IMG/VR virus record: IMGVR_UViG_3300029922_000004
Origin: a virus
Reading direction: 5' to 3' (one strand)
Length of the DNA: 64,000 bases
Both the position numbers and the translations under genes were made by a program. This document shows positions 55,501 to 64,000 of the stretch, piece after piece. Under the pieces are notes generated by a model. That model searched no databases. It was not told the origin of the DNA and saw nothing but the letters and a program-made list of their open reading frames with translations. The first letter of the stretch is position 1. Each line of letters opens with the position of its first letter.

Positions 55501-56076
55501 ATGAAAAGCTGGAAACATATTCCTAGATTGCCGGGCGTTTATAAATTAACTAATAAAATTAATGGTAAAATTTATATTGGCAAGTCTATATCATTGAGAA
55601 GGAGATTAATGGAACATCAATACGAACGCCGTGATGCTTATCCAATAGAAAGGGCAATTAAAAAATACGGTATGGATAATTTTGAAATAGAAGTACTGCA
55701 TCAAGAAATAAATATAGACAACTTGTGTCTTTTAGCGATAGAATCCGCATATATTGAATTTTTCAATTCGACAGATAAAAACCTAGGATATAATGTCTTA
55801 CAGTTTGGAGGGGGAGATAGAACTGGTATTCCTCATTCGCAGGAAACGAAAAATAAAATCTCAATAGCGAACAAAGGTAAAGTATCACACAATAAAAGAC
55901 CCATCAAACAAATAAATATTACAACTGGAGAATTAATCAAAGTTTGGCCATCTATGAAAGAGGCCGCTGCTGGTATGGGTATTAGAAACTATCAGGAAAT
56001 ATACAGAGTATGTAAAAATATAAGACCTAGATGTCACGGATTTAAATGGCAATATGCCAAAGAGAAAAGTTTATAA
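55501..56076 (+). CDS. GIY-YIG homing endonuclease with NUMOD3/NUMOD1
   Basis: GVYKLTNKINGKIYIGKS; HSQETKNKIS; WPSMKEAA..GFKWQY. Confidence 0.9.
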   Translation: MKSWKHIPRLPGVYKLTNKINGKIYIGKSISLRRRLMEHQYERRDAYPIERAIKKYGMDNFEIEVLHQEINIDNLCLLAIESAYIEFFNSTDKNLGYNVLQFGGGDRTGIPHSQETKNKISIANKGKVSHNKRPIKQINITTGELIKVWPSMKEAAAGMGIRNYQEIYRVCKNIRPRCHGFKWQYAKEKSL

Positions 56077-56077
56077 T

Positions 56078-56581
56078 ATGAAAATTGTAACAATAGCAGA
56101 CGAGATTGTCCGCGAAAATGGGCTAAAGGAATCCTATATTACCTCTACGGCTTATTGGCTTCGTTCGAATGTCGGGAAGTTAAACCTTTTACTCTATGAA
56201 GACTTCTATGTAGACCCAGTGACTCTGGAGATTTTTAAGGACAAGGGGAATCCGTGTGAGATACATAAACTCGCGGCGGCAATATTTAAGCTGATGTATA
56301 GGTCATATTACTTCGACCTGCAAATTAGTAATACGATTTTCTCCATGAATGAGAATTCGATATTGTCCGCGAGTGATGAAGACTTTAAAGTGACCAAAAT
56401 CAATCGCTCAGAGGTGTTAAAGACTTTAGCCCAACTTAAAAAAGACACAGAAACAGAATTAAAATTTGCCGTCCATTATTATCGCTCAAATTACGGAATT
56501 CCACGGGGAGTTTCGGGTGATGATTTTGTCGAGGGCCACTATAATAGCGTGTATTCTCATGGTTACAAAAGAGACTATTAA
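56078..56581 (+). CDS. putative head-tail connector
   Basis: Position; helical protein. Confidence 0.6.
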   Translation: MKIVTIADEIVRENGLKESYITSTAYWLRSNVGKLNLLLYEDFYVDPVTLEIFKDKGNPCEIHKLAAAIFKLMYRSYYFDLQISNTIFSMNENSILSASDEDFKVTKINRSEVLKTLAQLKKDTETELKFAVHYYRSNYGIPRGVSGDDFVEGHYNSVYSHGYKRDY

Positions 56582-56583
56582 TT

Positions 56584-57627
56584 ATGGCAAGAGAAAAAAT
56601 ATGTGGAATTTATGTGATAGAGGCCATGTCTGGAAATCCAGATAAGATAGGGTTTAAGTACGTTGGGCAATCTTTAAACTGTAATAGGAGATTACTTAGA
56701 CATCAAAATGAACTAAAATTACAAAAACATTATAATCCAAAATTGCAAAGATATTATAATAAGTATGGAGTGTATTCATTTAAATTCTATATCATTAAGT
56801 CATATTTACAAAAGGAACTTGATTTTTGGGAAAGATGGTGGATAAAATGTTTTAATAGTCAAGAAGAAGGTTTTAATTTAACGAGTGGTGGTCATAGTGG
56901 GGAAGCAGCGAGAAAACCAATAACGCTTCATAATATTTACACTGGTGAAATTAAATCTTTTAAATCACAAACAGAATTTGGAGAGCAATATCATGCCTCG
57001 AGCGCTAATCTAACGGCCCTCTTAAAAGGTAAACAAAAGACTATCAAAGGGTGGTGTCTGCCCCAAAATATATCCCTCTATAAACCACAGCAATATTCTC
57101 TATACCATTCAATGCACGGAAAAGTCATTGTGTGTGACCTGAAAGAATTTAGACAAAAATACAACATCGGATACCCAGAACATCTTACGGAATTATTATC
57201 TGGTAAACGTTACTCGTGCGAGGGGTGGAAATTAGAAAACGGAAGAGAAAGGGATAATGCAAACGCCCATAAAAGATTCCATTTTAAGTTAATTAACAAT
57301 TCTGGTGAAATAATAGAGGGATTTAATCAAACTGAGTGCGCTAAAAAAATAGGAGTAACCCACCAACTTCTTTGGAACGTCCTACATGGTAAAAACATAT
57401 CATGCGCTGGTTGGAGATTAGTCAATGGAAGAGAAAAAAGCAATGGCAATGCTAATAAGAGATTTAAGTTTAAAATCATAAACGCAACTGGAAAGATAGT
57501 AGAGGGGTTTAATCAGACAGAATGTGCTAATAAAATAAATATACCAGTTAGGCAATTAAATAAGATATTAGTAGGGCAACGAAAAACTTGTCATGGTTGG
57601 AAACTCTTAGAAAGAGAGTATAAGTAA
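56584..57627 (+). CDS. GIY-YIG homing endonuclease with repeated C-terminal DNA-binding modules
   Basis: GIYVI..KYVGQS..GFNLTSGG; repeated L..LL.GK.K...GW.L. Confidence 0.85.
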   Translation: MAREKICGIYVIEAMSGNPDKIGFKYVGQSLNCNRRLLRHQNELKLQKHYNPKLQRYYNKYGVYSFKFYIIKSYLQKELDFWERWWIKCFNSQEEGFNLTSGGHSGEAARKPITLHNIYTGEIKSFKSQTEFGEQYHASSANLTALLKGKQKTIKGWCLPQNISLYKPQQYSLYHSMHGKVIVCDLKEFRQKYNIGYPEHLTELLSGKRYSCEGWKLENGRERDNANAHKRFHFKLINNSGEIIEGFNQTECAKKIGVTHQLLWNVLHGKNISCAGWRLVNGREKSNGNANKRFKFKIINATGKIVEGFNQTECANKINIPVRQLNKILVGQRKTCHGWKLLEREYK

Positions 57628-58085
57628 TGAATAATTGGATTTCTCAAACTGAACGCGAGGCTCTTTCTGGAGATTTTCAGAAAGTATTTAATTCCTTTGC
57701 TAGAGAATTTACGGTTTTTAAGGTCCCAATAGTTCAGGCATTGGTTTCTCCGTCATTAGTTCCACAGGGAACTTTTGGTTTTGGCGCAGCCCCCGTTCAA
57801 ACTCAAGAAATTTTTATTCCTGTTTCATCAGTATTTTCTGGATGTATTAGATATTATGGTCACAAACACTTGGGACAAGCAGCTCTTATACAAGATACTA
57901 ATACTATGACACCGGTAGGTCAGGTTCAAATTCAAGTGACGCCAGAAGCTCACGCCTATATAGAATCAGGTCAAACTGACGGATTTTTTTTCGACTCAAA
58001 AATGTTCTATTTCGTCGGAAAAGACCAAGCCTATCCCTTTCTCGGCGGGTTGTATTATAAGTATCAGTTAGCACCTAAAATCTAA
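57627..58085 (+). CDS. putative head-closure (stopper) protein
   Basis: Position and beta-rich sequence. Confidence 0.55.
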   Translation: MNNWISQTEREALSGDFQKVFNSFAREFTVFKVPIVQALVSPSLVPQGTFGFGAAPVQTQEIFIPVSSVFSGCIRYYGHKHLGQAALIQDTNTMTPVGQVQIQVTPEAHAYIESGQTDGFFFDSKMFYFVGKDQAYPFLGGLYYKYQLAPKI

Positions 58086-58711
58086 TGGCTACTATAAGTT
58101 TAAAATTCAATTCCGCAGAATTCCAAAAAAAATTCCGCGCCCACATTGATTCTGATATTAGAATTAAAACCGCCGTGAACAAGTATGCTAATAATATTTT
58201 TGGAGGGGCGAGAAAGGCCATGCTTAAAGAGTTTAATGACCATCCTATCACCAAGGAATTAAGAGAAGGGCCAAATGGGGACAATCTTTCTAATACGCTG
58301 AACGGGAAAGGAAACCTTTTTACATTCTTGGGATTTTATGCGGACCAAGACCCTGTAACACCAATAGAGCTTCTTCTTGAAATGACTAATATGCGTCGAA
58401 CGGTTGTTAGAGGCAATCATGTTTATTTTAAAATTCAAGCTCCAGATAAAAAGATGATTGAGAGCGTTACGGAGATGACTTGGGCTGGAATTTCGTGGGC
58501 TTTTGCAGTCGAAACGGGCGCGTTCGAGGGCGGCGCGGACTTAACGCATTTTATTTTTAGGACATTTCAAAGTGGTAGCCGAAGCGGGCGCGGTCTTCAA
58601 ACTACGGGGATTGCGAGAGAGGACGAGTTCGAACCAAAAATGTACATGAGTGAGATTTTGGGGAATTTCCAACTACGAATTAACTCCGCGAATTTGGGGC
58701 TAAAGTTTTAA
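58085..58711 (+). CDS. putative neck/tail-completion protein
   Basis: Position; WAFAVETG motif. Confidence 0.55.
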   Translation: MATISLKFNSAEFQKKFRAHIDSDIRIKTAVNKYANNIFGGARKAMLKEFNDHPITKELREGPNGDNLSNTLNGKGNLFTFLGFYADQDPVTPIELLLEMTNMRRTVVRGNHVYFKIQAPDKKMIESVTEMTWAGISWAFAVETGAFEGGADLTHFIFRTFQSGSRSGRGLQTTGIAREDEFEPKMYMSEILGNFQLRINSANLGLKF

Positions 58712-58732
58712 CGAGAAAATGATACAATAGAT

Positions 58733-59383
58733 ATGGATAATCGCTTAAAACAGACCGGTGTATATCGCATAGTTAATGAAATGAATGGGCATTATTATAT
58801 TGGAAGTACATCTGTATCTTTTCATGTCCGTAAAAATAGTCATTTGCGGGAATTAAGAAAGAATACTCACGAAAACCGACATCTACAAAATGCATTTAAT
58901 AAATACGGGGAAGAGGCTTTTACTTGGGATATAGTTGAGATTGTCCCGCCAGAGCAGTGCTTGACTAGAGAGCAGTGGTATTTAGACAATAAACCGTGCG
59001 AATATAATATTTGTCGTACGGCAGGGTCAACCCGTGGAGTAAAAGCTTCTAAAGAAACGCGAGCTAAAATTAGCGCCTCTAAAATAGGTAAAAAAGATTC
59101 TCCAAAAAGAATAGAACAAAAATCTCAACATATGTATGAAAGAAATTTAATTGGCGAAAGAAATTATATGTTTGGTAGAAGCGGTATACTCAATCCAGCG
59201 TCAAAACCTACCGTTTACTTTAATTCTAATACTAATATGATACATGAATTTGAATCTGTGACGGCTTTGGCAAAATTTTTAGATATTAGTGTTCAATATA
59301 CGAAAGATATATTAAAGGGGCAAAAAACTGGTAACTTTTTAAAAAAAACTGGAATTAAAATACAATATAAGGAGGTAATTTGA
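58733..59383 (+). CDS. GIY-YIG homing endonuclease with NUMOD3
   Basis: GVYRIVN..YYIGST..HENRHLQNAFNKYG; SKETRAKIS. Confidence 0.9.
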   Translation: MDNRLKQTGVYRIVNEMNGHYYIGSTSVSFHVRKNSHLRELRKNTHENRHLQNAFNKYGEEAFTWDIVEIVPPEQCLTREQWYLDNKPCEYNICRTAGSTRGVKASKETRAKISASKIGKKDSPKRIEQKSQHMYERNLIGERNYMFGRSGILNPASKPTVYFNSNTNMIHEFESVTALAKFLDISVQYTKDILKGQKTGNFLKKTGIKIQYKEVI

Positions 59384-60207
59384 CCCCCCAGTTAGATAAT
59401 TTTCTCTGTTCGTCTTTGCTTCTTTTTATTCAACATGAAGTATTAAGACAGGGCTGGGCGTATTCCAACCAGTCTAGTTTATTCTACCCAGACACAAATG
59501 AAATCCAAGGGCTGTATACTTATACTTCACCCTATCGTCCCCTAGTTAATGATGTTTCTATAAGTGGAGCGAATGTAATGTCTGGAGTTTTTGTAAATGG
59601 AAACTTTACCACCATCGGGTCTTCGGGATTATATTGTATAAACCACAGTCAAGGGTCAGTGACTTTTACTGCTCCGGTCAACGGAACAATCAGCGGAAAC
59701 TTCGCGGTCGCGGAATATAATTCGTGGATTTCAGATAGCAGTGACTACCACACTATATTTACCACAAAATATTCTTCCAATCCTCAGTATGCCGAAGTCG
59801 CAACTGGTCTTCAGGTAGAAGAAAAGACTTTCCCCGCAATTATTTTAGTTCCCAAAGTCCAAGAATTGCTCCCACTGTGTTTTGGGGGCCTTGATAACAA
59901 TTCATTAAGAGTCAGATGTATAGTAATCACGGACAGCGCATTTTCCAGAGTCGCGGTAATGAACATCCTTAAGAACCTCAAATTAAAACAATTACCTTTA
60001 GTTTTGTCAACCCCTTTTGATTATTTGGGTAACGCCACGGGAACTCAACCCTATAATTATACGGGATTGCCGTTCAATACCTCTCAAGTCCCACTAATTA
60101 TGTCAGCAAAAGCCGCCCAAATCCCTGAAAGCGATTCATTTTTAGATGCTACCAAGCAATTTGGCATGGTTGATATGGAAATCAGCACTTTTACCTCCCA
60201 CCAGTAA
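59380..60207 (+). CDS. putative tail terminator/structural protein
   Basis: Position before tail tube. Confidence 0.55.
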   Translation: MTPQLDNFLCSSLLLFIQHEVLRQGWAYSNQSSLFYPDTNEIQGLYTYTSPYRPLVNDVSISGANVMSGVFVNGNFTTIGSSGLYCINHSQGSVTFTAPVNGTISGNFAVAEYNSWISDSSDYHTIFTTKYSSNPQYAEVATGLQVEEKTFPAIILVPKVQELLPLCFGGLDNNSLRVRCIVITDSAFSRVAVMNILKNLKLKQLPLVLSTPFDYLGNATGTQPYNYTGLPFNTSQVPLIMSAKAAQIPESDSFLDATKQFGMVDMEISTFTSHQ

Positions 60208-60275
60208 ATTAAAAATAATTTCTTAAATCCTCAAATTTAAGTGTAATGAATTATAGAAATTAAACAATAAACTTT

Positions 60276-61175
60276 ATGCCCATCACACGCACAGCGTATT
60301 ACGCACAAACTGGTAGAATCACAACTCCTAATGGCACTTATCTTTTGCCGATAAGTTCCGCAAACGTGGAAGTTTCAAGTCCTGTGGAAGCGGTTCTTAG
60401 TTTCGGTCAATTCGGCTCTCTGAATCAGGCCCAAGCAAATCTCACGACTTGTAAATCCTCTTGGAAAATGCACATGGGTTCAGGAGTTAATATTACTGGG
60501 ATTTCGGCCACCGTTTTGAATGATTTGATTAATTGTACTCTTACTGGTTCCCCGTTTACCGTAGCGGTCGGCCCCGGTGGATTTACTATGACTGGCATTC
60601 TTGACAGTCTGGCCCTAGATATTTCAATGGGTGGGCTGGGAATGTGTGACTTGGGTTTTGCCGGAATCGGTCATCCTTATATTTCTCCTCCGACTAACCA
60701 AGGAACTGCGGTTAGTACGACCTACTCGATTTCACCAATTTCTACCATGTCGATATCCACAGGAGCCGGGGCTTTGAGTGGCGTTTTTGCTTCTTCGTTG
60801 AAATTCTCTTATTCATTACCTACAGATGTTCTGAGTGCTTTGGGAGATAATCCTGATGCATTCCAAGGCAACATGGCTAGTCAAATCGCTTCTAAAGCCC
60901 CCTACAAGGCAACTTTTTCCATAGATGGTGTGGGCGTAGACCCAACTACTATCGCGACCGGACTAGCGGGCCTAGCATACAATATAGGTGACATTTCTGT
61001 GACTCTTCCTCACGCTAAAATTATCTCTCGTGGATTTACAAACGCGGCTGGACAGGTTGCAGCGACGTTTAATTATACACTGGAAGATACAAGCGCGACT
61101 CTCGGCACTGTTGCTCTCGCGGCTTATGCTGACGTTAATACCAGCATGGGAGTTACTCCGACTTACGGCGCATAA
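60276..61175 (+). CDS. major tail tube protein
   Basis: GTGTAAT upstream; VLSFGQFGS; T/S/G-rich; upstream of chaperones and tape measure. Confidence 0.7.
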   Translation: MPITRTAYYAQTGRITTPNGTYLLPISSANVEVSSPVEAVLSFGQFGSLNQAQANLTTCKSSWKMHMGSGVNITGISATVLNDLINCTLTGSPFTVAVGPGGFTMTGILDSLALDISMGGLGMCDLGFAGIGHPYISPPTNQGTAVSTTYSISPISTMSISTGAGALSGVFASSLKFSYSLPTDVLSALGDNPDAFQGNMASQIASKAPYKATFSIDGVGVDPTTIATGLAGLAYNIGDISVTLPHAKIISRGFTNAAGQVAATFNYTLEDTSATLGTVALAAYADVNTSMGVTPTYGA

Positions 61176-61311
61176 CCCTAGTTTTTCAATTCAATTCAAA
61201 TCCATTAAATTCACTTTTAATGGATTTTTTGTTTCTGTCTCTCAATTAAAATCAATCAAATCTCCTCAATTAACCTAATTTAAGTGTAATACTATCTGGT
61301 ATAAGGACGCT

Positions 61312-61647
61312 ATGATAGAAAACAACCTCATTTCATTGCAGGTCGAAAAAGAGATTAAATCTCTCTTTAAATCCTACCTCGAATTATTGGAGCAAATCCA
61401 AGTTGACCACGATGCAATGCTGACAAAAATAGACCCCGAAACAGCAATTAAAATAAATTATTTAAATAAATCCAAACACGATAACCTCAGGAAGTTAATA
61501 CTTGACCGTTCTAATGACTCTATCAGGAATATATTGACATTTCTTGACTATTTTGACTTTCAGATTAACAAAGAAAAGGTAGAAAACGCTGCCAAGCAAA
61601 GACGCCTTTATTCTAAAACAATACTATCCCCGCCGGTCATCATATAA
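61312..61647 (+). CDS. hypothetical protein
   Basis: GTGTAAT at 61284. Confidence 0.65.
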   Translation: MIENNLISLQVEKEIKSLFKSYLELLEQIQVDHDAMLTKIDPETAIKINYLNKSKHDNLRKLILDRSNDSIRNILTFLDYFDFQINKEKVENAAKQRRLYSKTILSPPVII

Positions 61648-61653
61648 TATACT

Positions 61654-62499
61654 ATGGAAAAAACACCACAAAAATACCTCTACGAAACTTTTGTCAACAA
61701 GGAAATTGAAGAAAAAATCGTTGAAAAACGCCAAGAGAACGGCGCGGAAGTCGAAGTCTCTAAGACCGTCAAAACTCTTAAACCCGTCAAACTCGCCATC
61801 CTAAAACCTAATCGCAAAAAGTTCAAAGAGGCGGAAATCTTTTACGCGCAGAGCCTTTCATCCTATCTGAAAAAGGGTTTGCTTCCTCACTCCCTAGTTT
61901 CAAAACGCTATCTTAACGACGGCGGGCCGTTAAGCGAAAACGCCAAAAAGGTCGTCACGGTCATGCGCGAAAATTATACGAGTCTTCAAGTGGAATATTT
62001 TGGGATGAAGTCGCCTCTAACCGCCGAACAAACTAAACGTCGCGGGGAAATCCTCGTAGAAATGACCGACATTAATAAAGCGTTGCAGGAAATCGAAAAC
62101 AGTTACTCTGAGATTTTCGAGAATACCGCCGAAGCCAAGAGCCGCAATGATTTGATTGAGTGGTGGATTCTAACCCTTAGTTTAATTGAGGAAGAGAAGG
62201 ATGGCAAAAAGAATTACGTTCCGTTTTTCCCCGGCGAAGACACCGATGCTAGGATGGCTAAATTGGAAGAGCTTGAGGCTTTGGAAGATGATTTCACTAA
62301 TGAAGTTATTAAGAAGTTTTCTTATTTTATTAGTTTCTGGAGTCGCGCGGGGCTTGACGTGAAATTGGAAGATTTCAAATCCGCCGAAGAGAACTACAAT
62401 CTCAAAGTCACGGACTATAAGACAGAAGAAGCTTCGCCCGAACCCGCCGTAGAAACCAATACGGGTGATAAAGTAGAGGTAGAGTCCCCCGTCGTATAA
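61654..62499 (+). CDS. putative tail assembly chaperone
   Basis: Acidic helical protein before the tape measure. Confidence 0.55.
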   Translation: MEKTPQKYLYETFVNKEIEEKIVEKRQENGAEVEVSKTVKTLKPVKLAILKPNRKKFKEAEIFYAQSLSSYLKKGLLPHSLVSKRYLNDGGPLSENAKKVVTVMRENYTSLQVEYFGMKSPLTAEQTKRRGEILVEMTDINKALQEIENSYSEIFENTAEAKSRNDLIEWWILTLSLIEEEKDGKKNYVPFFPGEDTDARMAKLEELEALEDDFTNEVIKKFSYFISFWSRAGLDVKLEDFKSAEENYNLKVTDYKTEEASPEPAVETNTGDKVEVESPVV

Positions 62500-62500
62500 T

Positions 62501-63352
62501 GTGGACAAGAAGGTAATATCGGAATTGGATTGTCTTAAGTTGGTTTATTTTGAGATAATTGATGGTTATTCTCCCTGCTCCGACCTCGATTGCTACATTA
62601 AACACTTCTCCGAAAAAGAAAGCCATTTACTTCTACAAAAGAAAATCGAACTCCAAAAATTCTACTCTGAGGGTGGCGTTCCCCTCGAAGAAGAACTCCT
62701 AAAACAGCGCATAGAATCAGGGGATTGGTCTAAAGACAAAGAGGAACAAATCCTTCAATTAAAAGTTGACATCACGGATGCTGAAAACGGGCTTCATACC
62801 ATTCTCCCCGCACAACGCGGATTTCTTGAGGGTATACTCGCGGGCAAGCAAAAAGAATTAGGAGAACTTCGCTACGAAAGAAAAAACGTCCTAGGAAGAT
62901 GCGTAGAAGATTTAGTTGACGAGGATGTCAATGATTATGTATCCTATCTCTCTTGCTATAAAGACCCATCGCTTACTGAGCATATTAAAAAATCTTACCA
63001 AGACTTTCAAGAGCTTGAACAAGAGGAGACTAATAAGATAGCCATTATACTAAGTGAGAATTACAAACGATTCTCCGAGGAAAATCTTAAATTTTGTTCT
63101 GTTATGCCATTTTTCTTGAATAGATTCTCTTACTGCAAGGAGGATATACAAAGTTTTCTAGGAACTCCTGTTAATCAGCTTACCCATAATCAAAATTACC
63201 TTTTCTCAATGGGCGTTAGAAATCTTAATGTCCTTCAAAAAGCCGAGGGTAGTCCTCCTGACCTAAACCTCAACGCCACGCCTTTGTCAATCTCCAAATG
63301 GTACGACATCCAATACTCCATACAACTAGGTAAATCTAAACAGAAGAGTTGA
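62501..63352 (+). CDS. putative tail assembly chaperone-like protein
   Basis: GTG start; position. Confidence 0.5.
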   Translation: MDKKVISELDCLKLVYFEIIDGYSPCSDLDCYIKHFSEKESHLLLQKKIELQKFYSEGGVPLEEELLKQRIESGDWSKDKEEQILQLKVDITDAENGLHTILPAQRGFLEGILAGKQKELGELRYERKNVLGRCVEDLVDEDVNDYVSYLSCYKDPSLTEHIKKSYQDFQELEQEETNKIAIILSENYKRFSEENLKFCSVMPFFLNRFSYCKEDIQSFLGTPVNQLTHNQNYLFSMGVRNLNVLQKAEGSPPDLNLNATPLSISKWYDIQYSIQLGKSKQKS

Positions 63353-63422
63353 TTTGAATTAGTGTGATTACTCCCCCAGAATAAATTCCGGGGTTTTCCC
63401 GTTTGTGTAATTATAAAAGGTT

Positions 63423-64000
63423 ATGGCTGGAGAATATACACTAGATGTGTTGGTGAATCCTATCGAGAACCCCGCTGCGGCAAGAGCAATGGGGTCGAGA
63501 ATGGGAGACTCGTTCTCTGATGGATTTAATAAAGCCGCCAAACAACCCCTCGGCAGAATCACTTCTGACGTTTCTCAGTTCCAAAGGTCAATCGAAGCGT
63601 CCAACGCCCGCGTTATCGCGTTCGGAGCATCCGCAGGAAGCATTTATTTGGTTCAGGCGGCGTTTAGAAAACTTCTTTCCGACGCGGTTATTGTTCAAAA
63701 GAGCCTTACTGACATTAACGTAATCTTGGGGCTTGGTTCGACGGCCATGAAGTCGTTTTCGAATGAAATGTTCAAAGCCGCCTCTCAAACCGGCCAAACC
63801 TTTGAAACCGCCGGGAAAGTAGCGCTAGAATTCGCCCGTCACGGTGTTTCTGCGTCAGAAACAGCCAAACGTATGACTTCGGCGATGCAACTGATGAGAA
63901 TCTCTGGATTGGGGGCTACAGATGCCGTAAACTCGATTACAGCCGCGATTAACGCTTTTAGCAAGGAAGGCATCACTTCGGCGGATATCGTCAACAGGCT
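63423..64000 (+). CDS. tail tape measure protein (5' part; runs off the window)
   Basis: ATG63423; SLTDINVILG..FKAASQTGQTF..LEFARHG..AMQLMRISGL..SITAAINAF resembles the TP901-type TMP core; missed by the ORF track because it has no stop. Confidence 0.85.
   Translation, partial: MAGEYTLDVLVNPIENPAAARAMGSRMGDSFSDGFNKAAKQPLGRITSDVSQFQRSIEASNARVIAFGASAGSIYLVQAAFRKLLSDAVIVQKSLTDINVILGLGSTAMKSFSNEMFKAASQTGQTFETAGKVALEFARHGVSASETAKRMTSAMQLMRISGLGATDAVNSITAAINAFSKEGITSADIVNR

Larger units (their letters stand above)
32210..63411 (+). promoter_or_regulatory. GTGTAAT late-promoter motif (11 exact + strand copies)
   Basis: 32210, 34750, 37680, 43215, 48068, 50954, 53090, 55141, 60241, 61284, 63405, each shortly upstream of a structural gene; - strand copies at 5091-5097 and 26508-26514. 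Confidence 0.75.

Noticed and set aside
62480-62510. Programmed frameshift between tail chaperones
   Set aside because: No clear X XXY YYZ slippery site before the stop; the next ORF has its own GTG
1-64000. Numerous short antisense or overlapping ORFs in the ORF track (e.g. 6840-7109, 12790-13203, 27470-27769, 43873-44307, 44950-45420)
   Set aside because: They are shadows of longer, better-supported genes and lack promoter or motif support
1-64000. Stop-codon reassignment
   Set aside because: Large genes (terminase, portal, capsid, fibres) are intact in the standard code, and no suppressor tRNA was seen

Overview
This window is 64 kb of a large double-stranded DNA tailed phage genome (siphovirus-like morphogenesis module, standard genetic code, almost no Shine-Dalgarno sites). 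The host is unknown. The layout has four parts. (1) 1-11.4 kb: rightward early region with small ORFs, a RuvB-like ATPase and several promoter-driven structured RNAs. (2) 11.5-23.3 kb: leftward accessory region that meets part 1 at a bidirectional terminator. It holds about 35 small genes, a fMet-type tRNA, and 12 copies of a fixed-geometry 64-bp element (25+14+25 bp). Each 25-bp arm matches two inverted IHF consensus sites, and the asymmetric GC core occurs in both orientations. (3) 23.5-30.4 kb: HNH-family nucleases, a sigma-like factor and an ERCC4-type nuclease. (4) 30.4-64 kb: terminase, portal, protease/scaffold, major capsid, fibres, neck, tail tube, chaperones and the start of the tape measure, interleaved with free-standing homing endonucleases. 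Most early genes appear to be leaderless (TTGAC-16/17 bp-TANNNT-6 nt-ATG), and late genes share a GTGTAAT motif. The best candidates for undescribed biology are the 64-bp cassette-boundary element with its adjacent -7T-less promoter-like sites, the set of promoter-defined tRNA-like and larger ncRNAs, and the leaderless-translation architecture. All calls were made by eye; no database searches or folding programs were run.
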